NCBI GenBank assembly: GCA_963837175.1
Contig: CAWIMJ010000034.1
Location: 129,055-193,054, forward strand
Direction: 5' to 3'
DNA: 64,000 bases
Source: an uncultured Nitrososphaeraceae archaeon
Lineage (GTDB): Archaea; Thermoproteota; Nitrososphaeria; Nitrososphaerales; Nitrososphaeraceae
Shown here in pieces: positions 36,819 through 49,124 of this stretch. Numbering within the stretch: position 1 is the stretch's first letter; each line of letters starts with the position of its first letter. The notes below the pieces were generated by a model. It saw only the letters and a list, made by a program, of their open reading frames with translations, was not told the origin of the DNA and did no database searches. Made by a program: the position numbers and the translations under genes.

Positions 36819-37190
36819 ATGCTTATTGATGATGAGCCCGATATTATTACAACATTTAAAGTAGGACTAGAAGAGAATGGATTTTCTGTTACTGCATTTC
36901 AGAATCCTTTCGAAGCATTGGCAACACTTAAGAACAGCAATGAAATAACTTATGATCTCTTACTGATAGATATAAGATACGATGGTTTGGATATTGATGG
37001 ATTTCAATTATACCAAGAACTTAGAAATTCCGGTAAAAAACTTCCTCCCGTATGCTTTATTACAGCATTTCAAGAATATTATGATAGGATAAAACAATTA
37101 TCTCCAGAAATAGATATTAAATGTTTTATTAGGAAACCAATTCAAATAGTAGATTTAATAGCACGACTAAAGCAAGAATTACAAGCTTAA
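36819..37190 (+). CDS. Stand-alone response-regulator receiver domain
   Basis: LIDDE, DLLLIDI, FITA, FIRKP. Confidence 0.9.
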   Translation: MLIDDEPDIITTFKVGLEENGFSVTAFQNPFEALATLKNSNEITYDLLLIDIRYDGLDIDGFQLYQELRNSGKKLPPVCFITAFQEYYDRIKQLSPEIDIKCFIRKPIQIVDLIARLKQELQA

Positions 37191-38443
37191 TTATAAGAAA
37201 ATTCTAGCTGTGCAACATGAACTGCTTGATACCTGAGCGCATTTCTTTACTATGAGTTTACATATTTGTTATATCGTTGTCTGTAAATTATATTTATTGT
37301 ATAACAAGCGGATACTTGGCATATCATTTGTATCAGATATAATTATTTATTAATGATTCAACTTAGTAGAGGTTTTGTCAATCTGAATTGTATATGGATC
37401 AACGTTACGTGAAGTTAAATTACTTTAATTATATGCCAAATCCGATCGCAATATTTTCAAAAGTAAACAAGGCATATCTTGAAACTGCTAAAGATATATT
37501 TAGATCTAAAATGATAGAATGTTCTGTTCTACCTCCAAAAAGTTCAAATCGCAGATACTACTATTTTTGTCTCCAATATTAAAAATATTGTAACACATAA
37601 ACGTGAACAGTCCAAGTATCACTACCTGATTGTTGGAATACATATAATATCATGAAACCAAGTAAAAAAAATTTTTGTCGTTACAAGTTACCTAATTTAC
37701 ATTTAAATTAATTCATTGGTTCCATTGTACAAGCATAACAAAGATTGAGCAATTACCAATTAAGACAAATGAAACACTTGATTCAAATTATCAGTTCTAA
37801 GCTCGGCAGGAAATATTTGACACAGCCAGCTTTTAATCTTACATTTTCTTTGTCCTTGATTTGGGAAATTGGTTATTATTCTCCACATTTGGCAGAATTT
37901 GCATATTAGTTGAAATAACTTGGTATGAAATTCGCAGGATATTTGCACATATTATTAGGAAACCAAGATTATTATTTATAATAATTGGAATGAAGTATTA
38001 GTAGTCATTCAAATAAATAACAATATGAGAGGGAAAAGGATTATATTTTATCCCCAATACTACCAAATATGGTACGGAATTTGCATATATGGATATCTCG
38101 CATGAGATTTTCTCGATGGGGGAATCCATATCTATGGATTTGGACAATTATTTTCGTTCTAAAGACGCTTTATAGGAATAAAGAGATTGAATTTCACAAG
38201 CTATTAGCGAGTGTGTTATACCATAATCTAATACTATATAAAATGAAAAATGAATTCTTATTGGGTCAGCCAGCATCAAGACAATTGTTGGTAATGTATA
38301 TGCATTTGTATATTCCCTTTGGAAGCATCTCACTTAAGGCAATGACTACCTATACTAGATCGTATATTTATCATAGTATCAGAGGGAATTTTCAATGACA
38401 AGTTATTGGATGCTAGGTTTAGCCTTAGAGGGGATACTATCTG

Positions 38444-39782
38444 TTGTCAAGTGATAAAGAATCTCCAAATCGTAAGGCAATAATTGTAGGCGTAAATCAA
38501 TACGAACCAGGTTCAGATATAACAACTTTAGCAGGACCAGAGAATGATGCAAGAGAGGTTTATGAACGATTTAAAAATAATGGCAATTTTGACATTTCGT
38601 CTAATCATCTCTTGTTAGGGCCAGATGCTACCAGGAGGAAAATTTTGAAAGCTGTTAGTGAAATATTTCGCAGGAAGGTCAATAATGATCTTGTAGCCTT
38701 GTATTTTTCCGGCCACGGGATGCTGGATGAAAATAACGAAGGTTATATCGCACCTTATGATATGGATCCCGAGGATCCATATGTTAGCGGTATAAATATG
38801 GAAGATTTAAGAAATTATATCTCTAAATCTGAAAATAAAGCAAGTGTAATTATATTGCTTGACTGCTGCTATGCAGGAATAGCTACAAAAGATGGCCCTG
38901 CAAAATCTGCTACTCTTATGGATAATCCTAATACAAAGAATCTATATGCTACGCAACTTCAAAAGATCGTTAAATCTTCTGATCAAGCCGATACTCAAAA
39001 TGGAGGCAGTGGTAAGATAATACTTGCATCAAGCGAAGCAACTGCAGTTTCAAGAGAAAAGAATAATTGTACACACCTTGGTAAAGAGGATCCCCATACT
39101 CATGGTGCATTTACATTTCATCTAATAAAAGGATTAGATGGAGAAGCAGCAGATCCTGATACTGGAGTTATTAGAATAGACAGCCTTAGAAGATATATTG
39201 AAAATCAAATGATGGCTGAAGAAAGACAAAGACCAATGTACTATGTTGCAGACGCATCTCGTATAGAGAGCATAAAAATAGGAGTCTCCCAAAAGCAGTT
39301 TAACGCTAAAATACTGAATCTGATCGAGAATGCAATTAAGCAATCTTCAATCAAGTATCCTAATTCTCCTCTAAATGATATACGTTATTTGACAGATGCA
39401 GCCAAGAAGCTTAGCGAATTAGTTAGTTTAGATCAAAATAATAAAGATATACCAAGGCTACAGACTAGTATCGATGAAGCAGTAAAAGCATATTTTGACC
39501 CAACACTAGAGTGGCTAAATAGAAACAATACATTTGCTAAACCTAAGGTTGATGAAATAAAGCCTGGCCTATATGACTTTGAATTACCCGATTTAGTTTT
39601 AAACCTATCTTTTAGTGATTTACAAAAAATGGATCAAAACAAACTTAACAGCATGATAGTTATATGTACCTGAAGTTGCAAGAAATACAATATTTACGTC
39701 TGAAGATGACCCGAGGTTAAGACTTCTTCAAGGAAAACTTCGTGCATCATTCTTAACAACCAAACAATCTAGCGCATCATGA
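38444..39782 (+). CDS. Caspase-family (C14) peptidase with helical C-terminal domain; probable frameshift ~39670
   Basis: AIIVGVNQY, YFSGHG, LDCCYAG, HGAFTFHL; shifted frame EVARNTIF...SSAS ends at 39782, adjacent to the next start. Confidence 0.85.
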
Positions 39783-42700
39783 TTGACAATGAAGAGATTT
39801 TCTTCACCTTCTATTGACAATATTGCAGAGGACAATACAAATATACGTCAACTTATTCGTAACGCAGAAAGTAACCCATCTGACTATAATGCCTGGAATA
39901 AATTAGCTGAAAGACTATTAGAGGAAGAAGAATACAAGCAGGCTATAATTTCCTATGACAAAGCTATAGAGATAAATCCCAATAACAAGGATTCGTGGTA
40001 TAATAGAGGACTAGCACTTACCAAGGTCGGAAAGTATGATGAAGCTATCCAATCATTTGATAAAGCCATAAGCATAGATCCAGACCATATTTATGCATGG
40101 AATAGCAAAGCCCATCTTCTCAATTACTTAGGTAAATTCCGAGAGGCTATCTCATCTTATGATAGAGTAATAGATATAGATGCAAATAATGTCATTGCAT
40201 GGTATAACAAGGGATTAGCATTTAGCAATCTCGGTAAATATGATGAGGCTATTTTATGCTATAATAAAGTACTAAAAATAAATGCAAATAACACTGATGC
40301 ACTTAATGCTAAAGGTTTAGCTCTTGAAAGACTTGGTAAATATGATGAGGCTATTTTATGCTATAATAAAGTAATAGAAATAGATGCAAATAACACTGAT
40401 GCACTTAATGCTAAAGGTTTAGCTCTTGAAAGACTTGGTAAATATGATGAGGCTAATCAGTATTATAACAAAGTCAAAGAGATTTATGCCTTTCAGGTAA
40501 AAGAGTATAACGAGAAGGGTGATTTTCTTAGAGAATCCCGTCAATTCGGAGAGTCAATCAAATCCTATGATAGAGTAATAGATATAGATGCAAATAATGT
40601 GATTGCATGGTATAACAAGGGATTAGCATTTAGCAATCTCGGTAAATATGATGAGGCTATTTTATGCTATAATAAAGTACTAAAAATAAATGCAAATAAC
40701 ACTGATGCACTTAATGCTAAAGGTTTAGCTCTTGAAAGACTTGGTAAATATGATGAGGCTATTTTATGCTATAATAAAGTAATAGAAATAGATGCAAATA
40801 ACACTGATGCAATATATAATAAAGCTCTATCTCATGATAGATGATGGGAAATATGATGAGGCTGCAGAATTGTTTAACAAGATCCTTGCTTTTGATCCTG
40901 CTAATATCTCTGCTCTAGATTCTCTTCATCTGTTGTATTCAAACTACACATTTGAGTTTGATAAATCTCTGCCAATTGCTATGAAATTGTTTGAAATACA
41001 ACCTACCCCTGAAAGAAAAATGGTGTTAGCAGAAGATTTCATAAAGACAGGCAAATATAAAAGAGGAAGAGAACTTGCTTTTGAGGTTAAAAAAGAAATC
41101 CCAGAGAACAAAATAAGGCGTCAATCTATTATTAGGTTTCTGATATTATCCTCGTACTTGATGGAAGGAGATTCAATTAAAGGAAATGAACAACTTTCCG
41201 ACTTTCTTAGATATTATAAAGAACAGGAATCCTTCAAAATAGAAGAAGATGAATGGAACTTTGAGGGATTAATTAAAGCAGTAAATCCTAACTCCACTGT
41301 ATGGTACACAAAAACCATTTTAATCGATCTGATTGACCTCCTAAGAGGTAAAGGAGACAGAGATAAGATCCTTGCCAGGTTAGCAGCGAATATTTCTGAG
41401 AGTCGCTTACAAATAAGTCGTCGAACCTCTACTGGCTGGAAAGTTCTCTTACCTGTAATCATTTTTGCTGCCATAGCTGTGCCATTGATAATTATCACAT
41501 TTGCGTATATGAATATGATAAATCATCAACCTTGCTCTGTCGAAGGCAAGAGAGATCTATATACAATAGAAAAAGGCAAGCCAAGGGATATAGCAGTTAA
41601 CCCAATTACACATATTGTCTACGTAGCCAATTCTAATTCAAAAAACATTTTAGCTATAGATTGTATCAACCAAAAAATAATGAGAAACACTATACCAACC
41701 AATGGAATCGTTAGAGAGTTAGATGTTGATCCCACTAGTAACAAGATATACGCAGTAATTCCAGATAATAATAACATCTTATATAATTGATGGCAATAAT
41801 GATCTTGGTATCAATGACATTGGTGAGATGGTTGATGATTTAAGTAAAGGAAAATTTGATGAAATTATATATGACAGCCCTGAATACTATCCAAAACCCA
41901 TAAAAACATCTGCAGGAATGCCTGTTACTGTAACAGATATAGCCTTTAATCCAAAAACAGGCAAATTATATGCTGCCAATGATAAGTCTGATATAATCTC
42001 AGTAGTAGATTCCAAGAATGGACACTGTAAAAAATATAACAGGGGTAGGGGCAACTAAACTTAGCAATTCTCTTGTTGTTAATCCAAATACAAATAAAAT
42101 ATACGTAACCAATCCCACTTTACAGAAAGTATCAGTTATAGACGGTAAGTCAGATAGTATAATAGAAAACATACCAGTAGGTAGATATCCATTCAAGATA
42201 GCCGTTGACAGTAGCAATAATAGGATATATGTTGCACACCAACTCTCAAATGCAATATCAATTATAGATGGTAACAAAGATCAAGTAGTACAAATCCTGC
42301 CAACTTCATTGGAGAACAATGTGGAACTTAATTCAATAGCAGTCGATTCAAAAACACATATGCTATATTTGGGCTTTGAGCATAATGATGGTTCTCATTC
42401 AATACGCATGGTGAATCCAGCTACAAATAATAATACCTATATTCAGGTAGCCCAACAGCCAGTTGATTTGGAGTTTAACGTAAATAATTCCAAGCTGTAC
42501 GTAGCTGAATATAACAATGGCTCAATAGCCGTAATAGATAGTAATACTAACACTCTTTCAAATGATATCAGTTTAGGACAAAATCGCCTTCCATTTAATA
42601 TAGCTGTCAATCCAAAGACCAACAATGTATATGTGTCCAATCTTGTTTCCTACAATGGCAGCAGAGTAGTAGCATAGTCTCAGTAATAGATTCTGAAAAT

Positions 42701-43480
42701 GATAGTATTTTGAAAAATGTATCCATTCCATTTCAAGTATCTGATATGGCTGTTAATCCAAATAATAACAACATATATGTTGTTGGTGGAAGTAATACTA
42801 ATAATAATAATTACAATTACTTATCAATTATAGATGGTCAAAATAACACTAAATTGAAAAATGATATATCCATTCCATTCAGCCCCTCGGATATGGCTGT
42901 TAATCCCTATACCAACAAGATATACCTTGCTAATAACAAAGATTGGAGTGTCACAATCATAAATGACAAAGGCGATAATGCTACTACTATCAAACTCAGT
43001 ATACCTCCAGAATCCCTAGTAGTAGATCCTAATCCAGAAATCAATAGAATATATGTTACTAGTTATACAAAGCCTACTTCTTCCAAGGATGAAAATTCTT
43101 TTGATCCTATAGCTCTTGCATATCCTAGACTTACTCAAATACAGATTATCAATGGGTCCAATGATACTCTGGGATGGGAGGGGAAAATCCTGAGCCTAGA
43201 TCCTAAATATGGCTCTCTCATCCTGACTATTAATCCAGCTAACCATGATTTCCTAGCAACTTCTTTATCCACAGACACAATTTTATCGTGGGATGATAAC
43301 AAGAATGAAAAGGCCGTTGCTTCAGGACGTATTCTTCGTCTGCAAAACCCAATATCTGGTGGCATAGGTCCTTCACAATTAGCTATGAACCCCAAGGGAG
43401 ACAAGTTATACATTGTAAATCCCACCCTAAATGCAATAAAAGTCGAAGATCTCAAAGCTTTCGAATCTTCTAAAAAATGA
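39783..43480 (+). pseudogene. TPR - single TM - YVTN/YncE beta-propeller receptor-like protein split by ~4 frameshifts
   Basis: ORFs 39783, 40792, 41828, 42018 and 42710 join at overlaps; ~10 TPRs, TM WKVLLPVIIFAAIAVPLIIITFAY, many AVNP.TNKIYV blades. Confidence 0.8.
40158..40811 (+). repeat. Intragenic TPR DNA duplication
   Basis: 40158-40403 and 40566-40811 near-identical, offset 408 = 4 x 102 bp. Confidence 0.9.
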
Positions 43481-44089
43481 TGTCAGTCGGGCATCACTAT
43501 AGGTTTTGGTTAGACGTTATTTCAAAGGAAAGAAAAAAACAAACTAATAGGACAAAAAAAGAATATTCTTTAATATTACCAAATAAACTCCTACGGATTA
43601 AAATGCAGAAATGCCGAAAAATGTTGTCTGCCAGGACTTTATGTATTATAAATCCGGCTTGCAGCTTAGGAAAGCTTAATAAATAGCACAAGTATATAGT
43701 ATATATATGAAATCTAGAATACATATAGAATATAGTTCTATATATCTTGTGGTAACCGTAATTATGGTCCTATTCTTAGTTCCAGTTATGGTGAATGTTT
43801 CTATCCCGGTTATGAGGAATGTTCCTATCATTGCCTATTTTGAAGGGGGACATACAGGATCAATTACAAATGTATTTTGCGACCCAGATTGGGAATGCTG
43901 ACTGATACTCTACAAATCATTTATTATTTCTCAATGGTATTGGTCTGACGATAGTAGTAGAATTCTTTTGCTTAAAGTGGCTCCTATAATGGATTAACAA
44001 GTATATATACCAGATTTCTTTTTGGATTGACAACTATACTGTCTGTCTCATTGGTTATTATATAAAAATTATTTAGTTTGGTTTTGAAC

Positions 44090-44335
44090 TGATTCCTGTC
44101 TTAAATATAGAAGCTAATGATACAGACATATTAACTAACAAAGACATAGTTCTTATCAAGTTAGAAATATATGATGAGGTTCTTCAGGTATTAGACAAGA
44201 TATTATCTATAGATCCTAATAGTGCATAGGTGGAATATACAATGAATGTGTGGCATTTGATAGATTAAGCAAAGATTTAGAGGCCAAACATTACCAAGGT
44301 AAAGCGCTAGATATAGATCCTAATTATTTGGTGAA
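44090..44335 (+). pseudogene. TPR protein remnant
   Basis: NDTDILTNKDIVLIKLEIYDEVLQVLDKILSIDPN, KALDIDPN with stops. Confidence 0.6.
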
Positions 44336-44387
44336 TCACACGATTGAAAAACCTGCATACCTGCACCTGGTTTCCCTCCGCACGGCG

Positions 44388-44996
44388 CTATTGAAGTAAT
44401 GAGTCCATATATAGGCTCCCTGCAAAATGATGATTTGTCTTTTCATCATCTAATGAAATAGATATTGTCTTTCCTTCATTGATAGTAATATTAGTACCAA
44501 CATGCTTCCAAGGATTCATATGATTTGTTGTAACGACCGAGTCTCCTATCAACTTTACACTATTGTTAGGTGTTAGTGTTACCTCGTCGTCATTATCAAA
44601 GTTTTGAATTTCATGCGTATGTGAAGGTGGGGAAGGTGATCCATTGCTGTTGATAAATCTCATTGCTGTTCCAAAATCTTCCACATCTCCATCTATTACT
44701 CTCATACTAAAAGTACCATCACCAATCCATGTGTTAGGAAGAGCATAATTAATAGTGTTTATTTTACCAGTTGCTATGAAACTCTTAAATCCATTTTGTT
44801 GTCCTGGCAGCTCTCCTTGTTGTGGAGATATTGGTTGTTGTTGTAGTTGTGGAGATATTGGTTGTTGTTGTAGTTGTGGAGATATTGGTTGTTGTTGTAG
44901 TTGTGCAGACGCTTGCAAAGTATTTGGAATCAATATTGCTAAAATGACTGATAATAATACTCCTCCTTTTAAGAATGTCATATCTATATCTTTCAT
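44388..44996 (-). CDS. Secreted hypothetical protein (paralog of 13461-14126)
   Basis: Signal peptide, HTHEIQNF...ISISLDD..TNHHFAG; last codons probably frameshifted. Confidence 0.75.
   Translation of the reverse strand: MKDIDMTFLKGGVLLSVILAILIPNTLQASAQLQQQPISPQLQQQPISPQLQQQPISPQQGELPGQQNGFKSFIATGKINTINYALPNTWIGDGTFSMRVIDGDVEDFGTAMRFINSNGSPSPPSHTHEIQNFDNDDEVTLTPNNSVKLIGDSVVTTNHMNPWKHVGTNITINEGKTISISLDDEKTNHHFAGSLYMDSLLQ
44821..44901. repeat. 27-bp perfect tandem repeat x3
   Basis: TGTGGAGATATTGGTTGTTGTTGTAGT x3, encodes (LQQQPISPQ)3. Confidence 0.95.
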
Positions 44997-45420
44997 AACC
45001 CCGTCATATGGACAATCTTACTTAAAGTTTTCCTTTTTCAAGGAAAATGTCAGAATCATGTCTCAATCAGCAAAAGCCTATATAGACTGTAGCGTGTAAT
45101 TTTGACAAGAACCAAGTTAATGGTAGTAAGACCTATGATGAAACTTTCATAAATCAGTACTTGTAAAGTATTTGCACAGTCATTCTATATACTTGCTTAT
45201 TTTGATTAGTTGTAGGTTTTGTCAGATATTACATGTTTGATATAGTTTATATATTTCACTGCTCTAGTTATTCTCTTAAATTTAGAACAAAATGAAATAT
45301 TTAATTATCATTTAAGCATAATAACAGCAGTTATTTATTAAGGATGCTTCTATCTAATTCATTGAAGTTTCATCAATTACTACCATTATTCTTCTTCCCC
45401 TCTTCCTTGCCTTCTTCTCC

Positions 45421-45870
45421 CTATTCTTGTTGTTGTGGCATTGCACCATATTTTTCATTTTCTACGATAACCTCTCCAATCATTACAGGATGCACTACAC
45501 AAAAATATGGAAATACTCCTGGTTTAGAGAATTTGTAAAAAAACATTTGGTCTGGTTGAATTAATGGAGAGTCAAACTCATTGCCCTTCTCTTGATCTCC
45601 TATCCCATATCCAGATGTTATGGTATGTAAAATATTATCTCCGTTTTGTCATTTTATTGCCATCCCAGGTTTAATAATTATCTGATTCGGTTGATATGCT
45701 TTATCGCCCTTTGAAGAGCTCCAGAAACAATTTTCACTGTTTGAATTGCTGTCTCTGATGATAGTTGCTGCTGAGGAGGAAGGTAAGATGGAATAGCATT
45801 TTCGTTCGAAGGATGAGCAGAAGTCACATTTAATGGTACTGATTGGTTACACTCTATAGTAACGACCAAC
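45421..45870 (-). pseudogene. Cupredoxin/plastocyanin-like blue copper protein
   Basis: K*QNGDNILHTITSG...KPGVFPYFCVVHPVMIGEVIV; TGA in place of conserved Trp plus a frameshift. Confidence 0.85.
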
Positions 45871-46094
45871 CTTAAATAGAATAGCTATGTAAGCACATGT
45901 AGATGACTAAGAAGAAAAATCCTATAGTACAGTCATCAACTTTTATACTATTTGCCGTTTTCATAGTTATTGCATCTAGCACCTCTGTAATTTAAATTGG
46001 TTCAAATCAATTCCAGATTACAATGGCACAACAGCAACAACAACAATCACAAGTTAACCAAACATCTTCTGTTCTAAAATAACAGCAACCTAAT

Positions 46095-47001
46095 ATGCTA
46101 GGGGTATCTTTTGATATTGATAATACGAGATTTTATCATCATATGGCTTCTGTTAATGGTATTCAACTGCACTACGTAATAGGCGGTCAAGCCGAGCCCA
46201 TAGTCTTGCTGCATGTTTGGCCGCAAACATGGTATGAATGGCGTCATGTTATGCCAACTTTGGCTAAAAATTATACTGTTATTGTTCCTGATCTAAGAGG
46301 ACTTGGAGATTCTTCAAAGCCAACTACAGGCTATGATGGAAATACTAACTGCAGAAAATATCTACCAATTAGTATCTCAACTAGAATTCAATAAAATTTT
46401 TTTAGTAGCACATAATATAGGAGCACAGACAGCTTATTCATATGCTCCAGCTCACCCCAACAATGTAACTAAATTAGTAATAATGGATTATATTTTCGCA
46501 GGTTTTCTACCTCCAGAATTTGGTGAGAATGGACCTTGGTGGTTTGCTTTTCATCAAACGCCTAACTTGCCAGAAGCTCTAGTACAAGGTAAAGAGCGAG
46601 AATACCTTTCTTGGTTTTATAAAGGCCTTGCGTATAACCCCGATGCCATTGCTCAAGCCGACATAGATGAATTTGTCAGAAAATACTCTGCTCCAGGTGC
46701 AATGCGAGCTGGATTTGAATATTATAGAGCCTCCCCCATAGATGCAGAACAAAACAAAGCATTAGTAAACGAATCTAAGCTTCAAATTCCTGTTCTTGTA
46801 TTGGCAGGCGACTTTTATCCAGCATTTGGAGGAGATATACCAGGCAATTCAGTTTTGAACGGAGTAAAGGCTCTGGCTGAAAACGTCAGTGGCACAGTCG
46901 TTCCTTTGTCCGGACACTGGATTCCGGAAGAGCAAACAGGATTTGTTATAAAACAGCTTGTCAATTTCTTTGGTGCTAATAATACTGATACTAATAAATG
47001 A
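46095..47001 (+). pseudogene. Alpha/beta hydrolase (epoxide hydrolase-like), frameshifted
   Basis: LHVWPQTWYEW, PDLRGLGDS, AHNIGA (nucleophile Asp>Asn), SGHWIPEE. Confidence 0.85.
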
Positions 47002-47107
47002 ATGAGTACTGTCTTTTGGCTTCAATTATATTATCAACGTCCTGCCATTCAATGGCAGAAGTATCTTCTGCCATCTACAAATTTAACTTACCAATAGAAA
47101 TAAAATT

Positions 47108-47345
47108 ATGGAAAAGCTCGAAGGAAAAATCGCAGTAGTCATGGGCGGAAACAGCGGCGGAGGCTTCGTTATAGCACAGCGGTTCGTCGCAGATAGTGCT
47201 CACATTTTTATCACGGGGGTTGTTGGCAAAGCAAATTCGATGCTGCAGTCTAGATTATCGGTAAAAAATGCCACTGGCGTTTAGCGACATCTCAAATCTT
47301 GCAAGCTTTGACAGATTACATGCGACTGTGAAACAGCAAACAGGT
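47108..47345 (+). pseudogene. SDR oxidoreductase N-terminal remnant
   Basis: MEKLEGKIAVVMGGNSGGGFVIAQRFV...FITG. Confidence 0.75.
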
Positions 47346-47505
47346 ATATTCAATCTACATAGTGCCTAACAATCATATTATAGGGATAATATTTAAAAAG
47401 AAACAATACATTCTAATTTCAATGAACAATAAACATTATTTAATCACATATAATAGATATCTGCTAATAAACACTGACGCATATCTCATAGTCTAAGAAA
47501 TAGAG

Positions 47506-48003
47506 GTGCTATCGTTGTATCCCTTTATCATTGGTTTGATCGGAGGAATATTATCAACTGCTGCTATGACTATAACTGAAATACCATCATGGAAAAAGTG
47601 GGGCATTTATGGTGTCTTTGAATGGCATGAAAACTATATTATAACCAAACGTTTGTATTTTCGTTTCTCAAACACAATAGAAAAAGAAAGACAAAGTTAT
47701 TTTAAGGGAATCTTTTTCTTTCATTTTCTAAATGGTACTTTAGCCGGAATAGCATTTCCATATATTATTTCCTTTCTGTCACACTCTTTTTCATTTACCA
47801 TTATATCGTTTTCTTTATTTGGAATTTTATATGGTTTTGCATTATGGATTCTTACTCTTGTACCTATCCATAAACCCATCACTGGATATTCTGTATGGAA
47901 TCATCCGTTAGGTCACGTTCCAGCATTTGCAAGTTTAAGTGGACATGCAGTATATGGTATTGTATTAGGTCTTGTGGTTGCATACATAAATGTAATTTTA
48001 TGA
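47506..48003 (+). CDS. Membrane protein, four TM with conserved-looking His residues
   Basis: GLIGGILSTAAMT, FHFLNG, GHAVYGIVLG. Confidence 0.75.
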   Translation: MLSLYPFIIGLIGGILSTAAMTITEIPSWKKWGIYGVFEWHENYIITKRLYFRFSNTIEKERQSYFKGIFFFHFLNGTLAGIAFPYIISFLSHSFSFTIISFSLFGILYGFALWILTLVPIHKPITGYSVWNHPLGHVPAFASLSGHAVYGIVLGLVVAYINVIL

Positions 48004-49124
48004 TGATTATGAATAATAAACATCCTTTCACTTTACTAAGAAAACTATATTTCTAGTGGTCATGCTCCTATATCATCCTTTAATAAATCCTAGAGTAAAT
48101 CTAGCTGCTGATATACTACCCGTTAATGGAATACCAAAACTAGTCATGCTAATGAGGAGGCTGATGCTGCTGCTTGATCATTAAATTTGTTGTCATTCTT
48201 CTTCTTCCTTAAATAAAGATACTTCCTCTGACTATATTCTAAAAATGGTTGTAAATAACGCACTAGATCATAATTATAATAAAATATCTGCCTTCGCAAT
48301 ATCTTTATATAACATCTATATTACCATCATGAAATATATTATATATCATATTACACATCTTTTAAGCAAAGGTGTTGTGCAGTATGTGTAATGCCAAAAC
48401 AAATACCTAAAATATAGACTCATAATCATGAGTGTTAAGATAATAGATAACTCATGAAATTATAAATGAGGTGAAGACCGTCAATTATACAAAATACCAC
48501 AAAAGTAAAAGTAGAGAGAAAATTCAATCAATGCTAAAGGTTACTTCCTCTGGTTGCTTTGATGGCGAATTTGTCAAAGTATTGCAATCTGAGAATCCTC
48601 CAATAGTAAAATTAGCACAAGAATAGATGAAAAAAAGAATGCTAAACAAGTAAGATTAAATGAACAAGAGTTAAGTCTTGGTACTATAGAGCAATCTTAT
48701 CTTATAGTCTCTGAAAAAGAAATATTCAGGCATATTTGTAATTTTAATTAAGAATGAAAATAGAAAAAGATAATTATTAAATATTCTTTTAGGTATGCTG
48801 TTTAGCTTCTGCATCTTTCTCATCCTCTCTTCTGTTTTTGTTATATTTTCGCCGGGTAAGGTAGTCTGCTAAATGCATCAGCATTATTCCAAAACCAAAC
48901 ATTGTATTATTATAGAGATGATTATATTTATAGATAAGATTCAATTCTACATAGGATAAAAATTATTTTCTGTATGCTTTCATCTTCATTTAAATAACCA
49001 GATCACCGTGGAGTATCAAAAGAAATTTCATAACCTCATCCTAACAATGTAACCAAATTGGTGACTTTTTTGGACCTTTAAAGTTTTTTCCATTTTTAGT
49101 AATACAGTCTTTTAAAAAATTACA

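Noticed and set aside
37388-38398. Short ORFs between receiver and caspase-2 as extra system components
   Set aside because: No recognisable motifs; composition looks non-coding
44821-44901. 27-bp repeats as a CRISPR array
   Set aside because: Contiguous tandem copies without spacers, in-frame coding, no cas genes
44755-45099. Plus-strand Cys-rich ORF (CGDIGCCCS repeats) as a second RiPP or metallothionein
   Set aside because: Antisense shadow of the Gln-rich 27-bp repeat in the real minus-strand gene
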